A stretch of DNA of 64,000 bases from an uncultured Gammaproteobacteria bacterium (GTDB taxonomy: Bacteria; Patescibacteriota; Microgenomatia; Levybacterales; GWA1-39-11), in the NCBI GenBank assembly GCA_964537315.1, contig CAZIAP010000002.1, forward strand, positions 43,237 through 107,236. The letters are read 5' to 3'. The translations under genes were made by a program, and so were the position numbers. Positions 55,798-64,000 of the stretch are shown here, one piece after another (position 1 is the stretch's first letter; every line of letters starts with the position of its first letter). The notes under the pieces are model-generated. The model was not told the origin of the DNA, made no database searches, and was given only the letters and a program-made list of their open reading frames with translations.

Positions 55798-56477
55798 AAA
55801 TTTCCTTTCTTATTACTCTGAGCAAGTTGATTAATCATCTCTGCCACCTGTGATGGATGTGGTACTTTATCATACTCAAAATTTTGTTGAACTGCCTCAG
55901 TTTGAATCACAACATTTCCGTATTTAAATACTGACTGAAGAAAACCAGTTTGAGTATATGTCACATCTACTACTGCGCTCAGTTGAGTTTCAGCCACGTT
56001 TTTTGAAAGAATATTCAACATATCGATATCGAGTAGGCGCTTATTAGTAATTAACCCTACGTGAAAATACCACTCAGCAAACTTAAGCAACGCGTATCCA
56101 AAAAGCCCTAAATAGTACAAAGATCCTGCTATAAAGATCGTTGAAGGAGAGAATGAGACAAACGGAACTTGAGATATCAGTGGAATTAGAAGAAATGGTA
56201 CGAATATTAAAGCAACAATAATCATAAACCATGGAATATTTGTAATATGATGTCTTCTAACCAAGATGTGTATGTCTTCTTCAGGCAGCTGACTATGAGT
56301 AGTTACCTTCGAAGGGTCTAGACAAAGAGAAGAGTAAAAATGCAAAGATTCTTTATTTATATTAGGGAAAAACGAATGAGCGTGATTAGTATGAAGTGTT
56401 TTTTCTGTACGACTCGACTTTGAAGCAGAAGTCTTATTATCTTGTAGAATGAACTCTCCAGATAGTTGATTACTCAT
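55794..56477 (-). CDS. Membrane protein with bacterial PH (bPH_2/YdbS-like) domain
   Basis: Two TM helices (WFMIIVALIFVPFLLIPLI; IFIAGSLYYLGLFGYALLKFAEWYF) followed by HVGLITNKRLLDIDMLNI...VDVTYTQTGFLQSVFKYGNVVIQT, typical of PF03703. Confidence 0.5.
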   Translation of the reverse strand: MSNQLSGEFILQDNKTSASKSSRTEKTLHTNHAHSFFPNINKESLHFYSSLCLDPSKVTTHSQLPEEDIHILVRRHHITNIPWFMIIVALIFVPFLLIPLISQVPFVSFSPSTIFIAGSLYYLGLFGYALLKFAEWYFHVGLITNKRLLDIDMLNILSKNVAETQLSAVVDVTYTQTGFLQSVFKYGNVVIQTEAVQQNFEYDKVPHPSQVAEMINQLAQSNKKGNL

Positions 56478-56480
56478 AGA

Positions 56481-58178
56481 TTACTTTTTCTCAATATTAA
56501 AGAAAGAAAAGCCTGTTTGTGGAATACGCACGTAACCCGGTGCGCGCAGATTGAAGGCTTTTTTAAATTCGTCTGCGCTCATTCTAATTCCATTGATAGT
56601 GACAGAGCTGGTAGAACCATTGCCTTGACTTACGCTTACACTAGTAGCTGCGCTTATTCCTCCGTGTGGAGAAGCTTTTTCTCTAAGCTCTGAATGACTA
56701 TAAGGATTTCCTCCCCAGCAGCTAGTAGTTACAGGCGTTACTCTTTCTGCGTCAGATGAGCTACCTCTAGTGATAACTAAATGAGCATTGACTATATCTG
56801 CCATTTCTTCAGGTGATAGCCAAGGATTAGATCTACCACAAGTCGCACCTGAGTTGCTGTAGTGTTGTCTCCACCAAGCTTTATATAACCACGGTGATCC
56901 GCCTTGTTTTTCCCATGCACGGTCAATAAAAGTAGGTCCTCCGCTTCCGTCTGTAGTATCCCAACCAATAGGAGACGCAAATCCTCCGTGAGTAGAGGCA
57001 TAATAAGTAACAACATCTTCTAATACCATTCCTTTGGTATCATTTACTGCATTTTTCCAGGATTCCGGAGCGTTGTCTGATTTACTTTTATTAAACACCT
57101 GGCATGCTTCAGTCGTACAGATTTCCTTTCCTTCTGCTTTGTATCTGTATGCATAAGTACGGGCAGCGACAGCTTGGGCTTTTAGAGCTTCCGGATGCCA
57201 GCTTGAAGGCATCTCAGCAATTCCATAAAGATATGTTGTTTCAAAATCTATTTCTCCGTATCCCGCAACTTTTATTCCTCCTTCGGTACCTTTACTGACA
57301 GGCTCTTTTCCGTAATACGCACGAAGAATTGTCTTATAATCCTGACCAGCCTGTGCTCTGCCTCTTGCTCCATATTGACTCATACCCTTTCTATGGGTAT
57401 ACCCCCCAAACGAGAATACAGCAAAATAACCGCTGGGTGCCGATTCCTGAAATCCTTTAGCTGATGATAAATACTCATCTGCAAGTTCTCCACTTCCTAG
57501 AGTGAAAGTAAAGCTTCCGGATCTGGCATTAATAATCTCCTGTTGCTTGGCAGATAACTCAGCAATTTGTCCAGATAGAGAAGCTTGGTAGCTTTTTGCA
57601 CCTGCGACAACTTTTTCAATCTCTGCTTTATCTTTTGCAAGTCTTGCTTTCAGGCCTGAGAGCTGAGACTCTTGTTTTTCAAGTTTTGATTTAATATTCT
57701 CTAGCTCTGTAAGCTTCAGCGCAGTACTGGTTATAACTGCTTTATCCTGGCTTGCATCTTTTTGCTTATAAGTTAGGAGGCGGGTTATAGACGCAGCGTC
57801 TGCACTTGATAAGAATATAAGTAACGGTGAGAATAGTGAGTTTTTCATATAGTATTCGCGTACGGTTTTATTAAACACGTCCTTTTGTCCCTCCAGATCT
57901 TTATAACCTTTTGCAATATAATCTTTTTTTGTCTCTATATCTTGCTCGATAGATCTTATTTGATACTCGACACTATCTAGTTGCTTTTTCATGCTTGATA
58001 CCTGTGACTCTAAGGGAGTTGTGGCTTTTCTCGATGCTTCCAGTGCTGCTTGTAGCTCGTTAATTTCTTTGGTTAAAGTGTCTAACTCATCAGAGTATAC
58101 GGGAGAAGAATGCATCGATACTGAGGTGATGAAAACAATACATAAAATAAAGAGGGCAAGGAACTTCTTCATATGCAT
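56481..58178 (-). CDS. SpoIID/LytB-domain protein with N-terminal signal peptide and long coiled-coil
   Basis: C-terminal ...GMSQYGARGRAQAGQDYKTILRAYY...SWHPEALKAQAVAARTYAYRY... carries SpoIID/LytB signature blocks. The N-terminal 200 aa are coiled-coil (architecture like PcsB-type wall hydrolase regulators). Confidence 0.7.
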   Translation of the reverse strand: MHMKKFLALFILCIVFITSVSMHSSPVYSDELDTLTKEINELQAALEASRKATTPLESQVSSMKKQLDSVEYQIRSIEQDIETKKDYIAKGYKDLEGQKDVFNKTVREYYMKNSLFSPLLIFLSSADAASITRLLTYKQKDASQDKAVITSTALKLTELENIKSKLEKQESQLSGLKARLAKDKAEIEKVVAGAKSYQASLSGQIAELSAKQQEIINARSGSFTFTLGSGELADEYLSSAKGFQESAPSGYFAVFSFGGYTHRKGMSQYGARGRAQAGQDYKTILRAYYGKEPVSKGTEGGIKVAGYGEIDFETTYLYGIAEMPSSWHPEALKAQAVAARTYAYRYKAEGKEICTTEACQVFNKSKSDNAPESWKNAVNDTKGMVLEDVVTYYASTHGGFASPIGWDTTDGSGGPTFIDRAWEKQGGSPWLYKAWWRQHYSNSGATCGRSNPWLSPEEMADIVNAHLVITRGSSSDAERVTPVTTSCWGGNPYSHSELREKASPHGGISAATSVSVSQGNGSTSSVTINGIRMSADEFKKAFNLRAPGYVRIPQTGFSFFNIEKK

Positions 58179-58303
58179 GGTTTATTATAACAAAAGATGA
58201 AAAGAAGTCGAAATGAATAGCTTCAATGTTTCTTACGGAATTTTTAGTAGATATTTATACTGGATATATATCATCTGTAAGATAAATGAGAGGTGATAAT
58301 CTT

Positions 58304-58384
58304 ATGCCATATATTGTAGCTTGGTTATTATTAGTCCCTGCAGCAGTGCTTCTACTAATCTGGATCGCAACTCAAATTTTGTAG
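58304..58384 (+). CDS. Tiny hydrophobic peptide ORF (26 aa) with strong RBS, speculative
   Basis: GAGAGGTGATAAtcttATG, then MPYIVAWLLLVPAAVLLLIWIATQIL* as a single TM-like helix. Confidence 0.2.
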   Translation: MPYIVAWLLLVPAAVLLLIWIATQIL

Positions 58385-58672
58385 TTAGAAAGAAATTCTA
58401 CCTCTGAACTTGGAAACCGCAATACGAAATGGTGTGGCAGGAACAATTGGGATGAATGCTGCAATGAAAGATATTATACGGTCAATCATATCTAACTGTG
58501 GACCAAAAATCATTTTTCCTTTGATACCTTCATACAAGCTGATTGCGTCACCAATTCCATACGGACCCAGTCCAAAAGGAATTGACTCAACCAAAGTCCT
58601 TAAAACAATAACACTATTCGACATTTTTTCATACGGATTATACGAAAGTTGTTTTAGGTCAGCTGTTTTCAT
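58385..58672 (-). CDS. Hypothetical small protein (95 aa). Strand assignment is uncertain because the plus-strand ORF 58410-58676 overlaps it.
   Basis: The minus frame (MKTADLKQLSYNPYEKMS...DAISLYEGIKGKMIFGPQ...) looks more protein-like than the plus frame. No homology recognised. Confidence 0.25.
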   Translation of the reverse strand: MKTADLKQLSYNPYEKMSNSVIVLRTLVESIPFGLGPYGIGDAISLYEGIKGKMIFGPQLDMIDRIISFIAAFIPIVPATPFRIAVSKFRGRISF

Positions 58673-58737
58673 CTAAGTATTAATAAAATTAAAAATTAGT
58701 ATAGGCAAGAGATATGACAATTATGTAAGAATGTGGG

Positions 58738-58811
58738 GGTGCGCCTGCTTGGGATCGAACCAAGGACATCTACTTTATAAGAGTAGTGCTCTACCACTGA
58801 GCTACAGGCGC
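58738..58811 (-). tRNA. tRNA-Ile with anticodon UAU (reads AUA)
   Basis: Reverse complement GCGCCUG-UA-GCUC-AGUGGUA-GAGC-A-CUACU-CUUAUAA-AGUAG-AUGUC-CUUGG-UUCGAUC-CCAAG-CAGGCGC-A-CC gives a full cloverleaf. The anticodon loop CUUAUAA places UAU at positions 34-36. CC is encoded. Confidence 0.8.
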
Positions 58812-58857
58812 TGAGTTGAGCTTTATTATACACAAATATTAATTTAGGAGAAAGGCG

Positions 58858-61260
58858 CTAGATATTTTTCTTTAATTGAGATTCAGAGCCTGTATCTCCG
58901 ATATCACCTAGTACCTCAAAAAGCCTAGATCTTTTAGCAATTTCTGCTTCAACTAGTTCTACAGGACGACCATATTTTAGCCTGGACAACTCTCTAACGA
59001 GTTCTGTTACACGTGGGTTTTCAAGCTTTTTCTCAGCCTCAATATCGCGGGTCAAGTTGAGTGAAAATGGAGGAACAGGTTCTTCATTAATCTGAGTTTT
59101 TACATAGGCGTGGTAGCGTTCTACGTTAATTAAATCACCTTCAGTTATGTTAGGCTGGAACTCGTGTTGTAGATAGTTTGCGTCGGTAACACCTACACGG
59201 AAAGATACTATTGTTCCGACATTACCAAATATCGCATTTTTTATATCCTCGTCCATCTGTCCAATAAACTGGTTCGCTACCGTTAAGTTAAGCCTGTATT
59301 TTCTGGCTTCTGACAGAATGGTCGCAAAATCCGGTGTGGCAAAATTCTGAAACTCATCTACGTACAGGTAAAAGTCTTTTCTCTGTTCTTGAGGGATATC
59401 TTGGCGACTCATGGCTGCACTCAGAAGTTTTGGAACTAATAAAAGACCTAAGAAAGCAGAGTTTTCTTCACCAATCTTTCCTTTGGCAAGTGATACGAAT
59501 AAGATTTTTTTGTTATCCATTACATCTCGGAAATTAAATGCGCTTTCGCTTTGTCCGATCATATTTCTCATCATCTTATTAGTAACGAAGCGGCCGAATT
59601 TAGAAACAATGTAATCCAACACTTCAGACTTATGGAAGTCAGAAGTTTGCGCAATTTGATCAGTCCAGTAGCGGCGAACCATTGGGTCGTTTACTTTCGG
59701 CAATAGCTCTTGTACAAATGACGGGTCGGTCAGAACGCGCACAACTTCAATAAAGGTATTTCCTTTTTCTGCCATAACTGTTAGCATTGCATTCCTAACC
59801 GCGTGTTCAAAACGAGGTCCTATGATACCGGTTTGGTGAGGATCAAAAAGTTTTCCCATCAGTCCGATGACGGAGGCAACAATAAAGTGTTTTTGCTCTT
59901 CAGTTGATGCCTCAAGCATATTCAACCCCATAGGGCGTATAGTATCTGAAGGGTCAAAGATTATGACATCTTCTGCTCTCTCAGGTGGAATTAATGGTAG
60001 TATCTGATCAATTGTATCGTGCGGATCTATGAAACAAACACCTTCACCGTTACGAATATCTTGCAATATCATATCTTTAAGAAACTCAGATTTTCCAACA
60101 CCTGTTTTACCGATAATATACATGTGACGTCTACGGTCAGTTTGCTGAAGATAAATAGGTTTTGTTATTCCTCGATAAATACTTTTACCGATATATAGAC
60201 CTGTGGTTGGTACGTTGGCAGGAGCAGGTGCGAGACGTGCTCTCATCCAATTAATAGCTGGAGAGTCAACGCTTTTATTAGGGAAATGAAAAATTGTTGC
60301 AAGCTCCTGCGTGTTAAGAACTGAACCGGATCCCCAGAGTGGCAAATGACGATAAATAAAATCAACCATGAAGAAACTTTTTGTCCAGCGCATCTTATCT
60401 TTTGTAAATGAGTTATAGCCTGAAAACTGAGTAAAAGCACTGACAATATTACCAAGATGTGCGTCAGCTGATTCCTCAGTTGAGGATACTGCTACGAGTC
60501 GGATATAAGTAGTAAAAGCTGCTTTGGTCATTTTTTGGTCAACAGCCTCTAGCTCTTTTTGATCAACGGAATATTTTGCTGTTTCAGGATCTGCTTCTTG
60601 TTTTTTAGTTGACGAGATAAATGCTCTCCCGCCAGACTTCCATACAGAGTCAGCCGGAGTGATAATAAGCTGGATAGCAGCTGCTTCACCATCTTGCATT
60701 TTTCCTAGTGTGCTGGCAAAAGTTGATAAAGGATCAACGGGCAAATCTTGGTATGTGCGAATAGGTTTGTAGTCAGGTTCATCTAGTTTTAAAGATGCAT
60801 ATGCAACCTTTCCGTCAGGGTTATCAAAAATGTTATATTCTTCTACCTGTTCAATTTGTGCATCAGGGTAGGATCCGTGAATTTGTTTTTCAACCATATC
60901 TAAAAGCTTTTTCGGTACACTCACGTAAAACCTAATATCTTGAGGTCTCGCTACGATCTCAAATGTAATTGAATCGGGAATTTTGAAAAACTTAAACTTA
61001 CCTTTTGCCGACTTAATACTGGCAAAGCTTGCAAACATTTGCTCTGCAGCATCAATTTTTATCTCATTATCCCGCGGAAGCTTGATCTCAAGATGTGCCA
61101 TGTTTAATGCTTTTTCATGTCTGGTTTTATTTTTGCGCCAAAGACCATATAGAAACGCCAGACCGGAACAAAAAGCAACGATTGTCGAAACGATTATAAA
61201 GGCCAAGATTAGAGAAATCAGAGTATCAACTGCAGAATTAATCATAGTGTCAGGCTGCAT
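58858..61260 (-). CDS. Type IV coupling protein-like ATPase (TraG/TraD/VirD4 / FtsK-HerA superfamily) with N-terminal membrane anchor
   Basis: N-terminal TM hairpin (LISLILAFIIVSTIVAFCSGLAFLYGLW). Walker A MYIIGKTGVGKSEFLK, Walker B DFYLYVDEFQNFAT, followed by ...LNLTVANQFIGQ... Start taken at ATG 61260, preceded by AAAGGAGGAAA at 9-nt spacing. The track's 61281 is a TTG. Confidence 0.55.
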   Translation of the reverse strand: MQPDTMINSAVDTLISLILAFIIVSTIVAFCSGLAFLYGLWRKNKTRHEKALNMAHLEIKLPRDNEIKIDAAEQMFASFASIKSAKGKFKFFKIPDSITFEIVARPQDIRFYVSVPKKLLDMVEKQIHGSYPDAQIEQVEEYNIFDNPDGKVAYASLKLDEPDYKPIRTYQDLPVDPLSTFASTLGKMQDGEAAAIQLIITPADSVWKSGGRAFISSTKKQEADPETAKYSVDQKELEAVDQKMTKAAFTTYIRLVAVSSTEESADAHLGNIVSAFTQFSGYNSFTKDKMRWTKSFFMVDFIYRHLPLWGSGSVLNTQELATIFHFPNKSVDSPAINWMRARLAPAPANVPTTGLYIGKSIYRGITKPIYLQQTDRRRHMYIIGKTGVGKSEFLKDMILQDIRNGEGVCFIDPHDTIDQILPLIPPERAEDVIIFDPSDTIRPMGLNMLEASTEEQKHFIVASVIGLMGKLFDPHQTGIIGPRFEHAVRNAMLTVMAEKGNTFIEVVRVLTDPSFVQELLPKVNDPMVRRYWTDQIAQTSDFHKSEVLDYIVSKFGRFVTNKMMRNMIGQSESAFNFRDVMDNKKILFVSLAKGKIGEENSAFLGLLLVPKLLSAAMSRQDIPQEQRKDFYLYVDEFQNFATPDFATILSEARKYRLNLTVANQFIGQMDEDIKNAIFGNVGTIVSFRVGVTDANYLQHEFQPNITEGDLINVERYHAYVKTQINEEPVPPFSLNLTRDIEAEKKLENPRVTELVRELSRLKYGRPVELVEAEIAKRSRLFEVLGDIGDTGSESQLKKNI

Positions 61261-61792
61261 TCGGTATTTCCTCCTTTTCAATTGGTGTGTTCCTTAATTT
61301 TTCATCATTATTGGTAGAGATATTACTGTTCATATGAGGATGATAGTCCACGTGCTTTTTCAGCGGAAGAGAAGACACTTCTTCGTGTCCGACAAATTTG
61401 TCAGGGGATGACGTGCTACCATACTCTCTATCTATTAATACGCTTTTGACCACATTTTTAAACGCATCAAATATTGGTTCAATCGAAAGATGGTAAACCC
61501 CTTTTGGGTGGTTCTCAATCGGGTCAACATGTGAGTGCGGGTGTGGATGTAGATGCCCGTTAACTTGTTCCTCGCTTCGTGGATCTGGATTATCGGAGAC
61601 CCCCAAATCTTCCGGATCGCATGCAACTTCGTGTTCGTAGCCTGGGTGAGCTTCAGCCAATGCTTTTTTAATCCCTTCCAATTGGTCTTGATGGTCTACA
61701 GTATCGAATCCGGCATTTATAACTTCGGGATCTAGTCGAGGAAACTTGTTATATTGTCCTGAATTGTCTAAAAAATCTTTAACTTCGCTCAT
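61250..61792 (-). CDS. Hypothetical His-rich acidic protein
   Basis: 180 aa with HLHPHPHSHVDPIENHPKG and many His/Asp/Glu residues. The 11-nt overlap with the downstream ATPase gene suggests co-transcription. Confidence 0.4.
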   Translation of the reverse strand: MSEVKDFLDNSGQYNKFPRLDPEVINAGFDTVDHQDQLEGIKKALAEAHPGYEHEVACDPEDLGVSDNPDPRSEEQVNGHLHPHPHSHVDPIENHPKGVYHLSIEPIFDAFKNVVKSVLIDREYGSTSSPDKFVGHEEVSSLPLKKHVDYHPHMNSNISTNNDEKLRNTPIEKEEIPNAA

Positions 61793-61906
61793 ACATCAAT
61801 GATAACATACATAGGCACTTGAATAGCTATATTAAGCTCACAAAATCTTCACAGGTAGTTCAATTGCGTGAGCTATGTATTTTGAGTATAATTAGGTACG
61901 TAAATT

Positions 61907-61994
61907 GGAGGAGTCGCATAGCACGGTCCATTGCGGGGGATTGCTAATCCCCTGAGCCGCAAGGCTCGCGCAGGTTCGAATCCTGTCTCCTCCG
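61907..61994 (+). tRNA. tRNA-Ser (anticodon GCU), class II with long variable arm
   Basis: GGAGGAG-UC-GCA-UAGCACGGUCCAU-UGC-G-GGGGA-UUGCUAA-UCCCC-UGAGCCGCAAGGCUCGC-GCAGG-UUCGAAU-CCUGU-CUCCUCC-G. It has a 3-bp D-stem, a 17-nt variable arm and anticodon GCU. CCA is not encoded. Confidence 0.85.
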
Positions 61995-62030
61995 CAGCAT
62001 TTTCACCCCTCATATATAATAAGTAGTATC

Positions 62031-62708
62031 TTGACTGCATTTCAGATAAAACTCATTGCAATTATTACAATGACGATAGACCATGTAGGGTTGTTTCTTT
62101 TTCCTGATGTTTCAGCATTTCGCATCATAGGTAGGCTCTCGTTCCCTCTTTTTGCTTGGCTTATTGCAAACGGAGCGTATCACACAAAAAACATTAAGGC
62201 GTACTTATTGCGTTTATTAATATTTGCCGGACTATCGCAAATCCCTTTCTACCTTGCTTTCAGTTTGATTAACCCAATAGATGTAGGGTCAAACATCTTT
62301 GTTACATTATTTCTTGGGTTGCTTGCGATATACGCAATTCAGAAAATTTCAAATAAGTTTTTGTGGGCAATGGCCGTCATTATATGTGCAATAACAGCAC
62401 TCATTTTAGGATCAGACTACGGCGCTGCAGGGGTATTCTCCATAGTCGGGTTTTATCTTTTCTTTAAGAGGATGAAGACTCTGATTATATACCAAGCACT
62501 TATTTATTTACTTTTTTTCACTATTCCTGCTTTGATACAGTACAGTGAAACAGGGTATATGAGCGTGATAGGACTATTTCAACCAGCAGGGTTAGTTTCT
62601 CTGTTATTTATTTGGATGTATAACCAAAAAGAGGGAACAAAAGCAAAATTTCTTTTTTATGCTTTCTACCCTCTTCACTTGCTTGTGCTTTATTTAACGC
62701 AAAGGTAA
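62031..62708 (+). CDS. TraX-family membrane protein
   Basis: MTAFQIKLIAIITMTIDHVGLFLFP... is the TraX (PF05857) N-terminal signature (LK-IA---M-IDH-G). About 6 TM helices. Confidence 0.6.
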   Translation: MTAFQIKLIAIITMTIDHVGLFLFPDVSAFRIIGRLSFPLFAWLIANGAYHTKNIKAYLLRLLIFAGLSQIPFYLAFSLINPIDVGSNIFVTLFLGLLAIYAIQKISNKFLWAMAVIICAITALILGSDYGAAGVFSIVGFYLFFKRMKTLIIYQALIYLLFFTIPALIQYSETGYMSVIGLFQPAGLVSLLFIWMYNQKEGTKAKFLFYAFYPLHLLVLYLTQR

Positions 62709-62712
62709 TCAC

Positions 62713-63141
62713 TTAGTCTTCAGTTAGGCCAGTAACTTCTTGTCTCACCTCTTCAGGTTTCTTAGACTTTACATAACTGTAAACTAAAGCTGCTAAGATG
62801 ACTGCCTGAATGGCAAAATCTATAAAATAAGTCCAGTTGATCTGTGAGCGATACAAGATCTCGATAAACATAAATGCAACGGGAGAGAACACGGCGAGAA
62901 ATAAAACAGGGGGTGTTTTTTCTTGTCTCAAAGAGAGCAGCAAAGCTCCTGCAATAACAATAATGAGTGCAGAGGTCATGTGCAGTAGAAATATATCATC
63001 TTTAGGTCCTGTTACTGTCTCAAAACTTCGCAGATGTAGGAACGGCCAAAGTCCCGTAATTAAATAATAAGTTCCTTGAATTCCAAGTACCCATTCAAAT
63101 AATGATAGTTGTTTAATCATGAGATCAATATACTTTTCCAA
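62713..63141 (-). CDS. Hypothetical 4-TM membrane protein
   Basis: 142-aa hydrophobic protein. No family recognised. Confidence 0.4.
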   Translation of the reverse strand: MEKYIDLMIKQLSLFEWVLGIQGTYYLITGLWPFLHLRSFETVTGPKDDIFLLHMTSALIIVIAGALLLSLRQEKTPPVLFLAVFSPVAFMFIEILYRSQINWTYFIDFAIQAVILAALVYSYVKSKKPEEVRQEVTGLTED

Positions 63142-63187
63142 GATATGAAAAATGTGATAAAACAGTGTGTATAATAAATAGCTTGGT

Positions 63188-64000
63188 ATGAAATCATTTT
63201 TAACAAATATCTATCTTTTTAGATTTCTTGATAATCTAATGCTTATATTTCCGCTTTATGCGGTGATGTTCGAAGACAGTGGGTTAACTGTGTTTCAGAT
63301 CTCTTTACTATTCATCGTGTGGTCTGCTGCAACCTTTATCTTAGAAGTTCCTTCAGGTGTTTTGGCAGATAAGTATTCACGTATAAATATACTAGCAGCA
63401 GGGCAAATTTTTAAAATAATTGGGTTTTTATTCTGGATTATTATGCCCAATTTTATAGGATTTTTAATAGGATTTATTTTTTGGGGAGTCAAAAGCGCAT
63501 TGCATTCAGGAACGTTTGAGGCATTACTATATGACGAGCTAAAAAAGTTTAAACAAGAAAGTCATTATACGAAAATATTAGGCAGAGTCGAGAGCGTGTC
63601 GCATGTTGGCGTTGTGGGAGCATCTATTGGCGCATCGCTTCTTATCTCGTCTGGTTACTCAGCGGTTATCGTGGCAAGTATTATATTCATTATACTTTCG
63701 TTTATTCCGCTCTATTTGTTGCCAAAGGCGAAGATTGCTGAATCAACACACGAAAAAGAGTACTTCAAGCTTTTAAAACAGGGGATACTGGTGGTGAAGA
63801 ATACACCTGTGTTATTGCGTCTGATTATATTTTTAGCAATTGCAATAGGAATAGATGCTGTCATAGATGAATATTATAACCCTTTCGCACGAGAGCTGGG
63901 ACTTGAGACGCAGATGCTTGGATACTTTTTTGCTGTGGTTATTTTTGTTGACATCCTAGGATCTCTTGTCGCGTATAAGTTTAAAGAATATTCTAACGGC
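63188..64000 (+). CDS. MFS transporter, partial (runs off the window end). Not in the ORF track.
   Basis: Translation from ATG 63188 gives MKSFLTNIYLFRFLDNLMLIFPLYAVMFEDSGLTVFQISLLFIVWSAATFILEVPSGVLADKYSRINILAAG... This MFS N-half motif (G-LADK-SR) stays open to position 64000. Confidence 0.55.
   Translation, partial: MKSFLTNIYLFRFLDNLMLIFPLYAVMFEDSGLTVFQISLLFIVWSAATFILEVPSGVLADKYSRINILAAGQIFKIIGFLFWIIMPNFIGFLIGFIFWGVKSALHSGTFEALLYDELKKFKQESHYTKILGRVESVSHVGVVGASIGASLLISSGYSAVIVASIIFIILSFIPLYLLPKAKIAESTHEKEYFKLLKQGILVVKNTPVLLRLIIFLAIAIGIDAVIDEYYNPFARELGLETQMLGYFFAVVIFVDILGSLVAYKFKEYSNG

Noticed and set aside
58410-58676. Plus-strand 88-aa ORF overlapping the minus-strand 95-aa ORF
   Set aside because: Only one can be real. 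The plus-frame product is Ile/Pro/Ser-rich with no charged-residue periodicity. The minus strand was retained at low confidence and neither is well supported.

Overview
This is an AT-rich, gene-dense bacterial chromosomal window. Small genes, minimal housekeeping content (dnaA-dnaN, N-domain-less clpB, folC, sodA, truB, nrdR-nrdJ, smpB-tmRNA), a SpoIID-type wall protein and a large type-IV-secretion-like locus resemble a reduced-genome, possibly episymbiotic (CPR/Patescibacteria-like) lineage using the standard code. That lineage call is an inference.

Layout:
- 1-480: 3'-truncated lexA (missed by the ORF track), divergent from a DUF2188 gene.
- 755-4378: tight 4-gene operon of unknown proteins, one with a TOPRIM-like E...DxD motif. 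I think this is the best candidate in the window for an undescribed system, perhaps defence.
- 4.8-11.4 kb: island of small 'orphan-domain' stress/detox genes (two PhnB-like paralogs, SRPBCC x2, DUF1801 x2, DUF2795, DUF488, AKR, ArsR, MFS).
- 12-21 kb: housekeeping genes.
- 21.3-23.0 kb: oriC-like region with four perfect TTATCCACA DnaA boxes flanking dnaA, followed by dnaN.
- 24.1-46.5 kb: T4SS-like locus. It holds a VirB4-like ATPase with P/Q-rich tails, a VirB6/TrbL-like polytopic protein, a membrane HExxH protease, and four paralogs sharing a VirB2/TrbC-like C-terminal membrane hairpin (one fused to a 500-aa surface domain). It also holds a P-loop NTPase fused to an OmpR-type wHTH, a four-helix-bundle protein gene, and a 1395-aa acidic protein. 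A 10-mer (TAATTTCTAA / TTAGAAATTA) recurs in the promoters of three of these genes.
- 46.5-51.9 kb: nrdR and class II (B12-dependent) RNR, then a candidate cobalamin riboswitch driving a pduO-type adenosyltransferase, an unknown 412-aa protein and a small zinc-ribbon protein.
- 52-64 kb: comF, smpB, tmRNA, envelope proteins, tRNA-Ile(UAU), a T4CP-like ATPase and His-rich protein bracketed by two tRNAs, tRNA-Ser(GCU), TraX-like protein, a small membrane protein of unknown function, and an MFS transporter running off the window end.

I saw no CRISPR array, rRNA, integrase or transposase.
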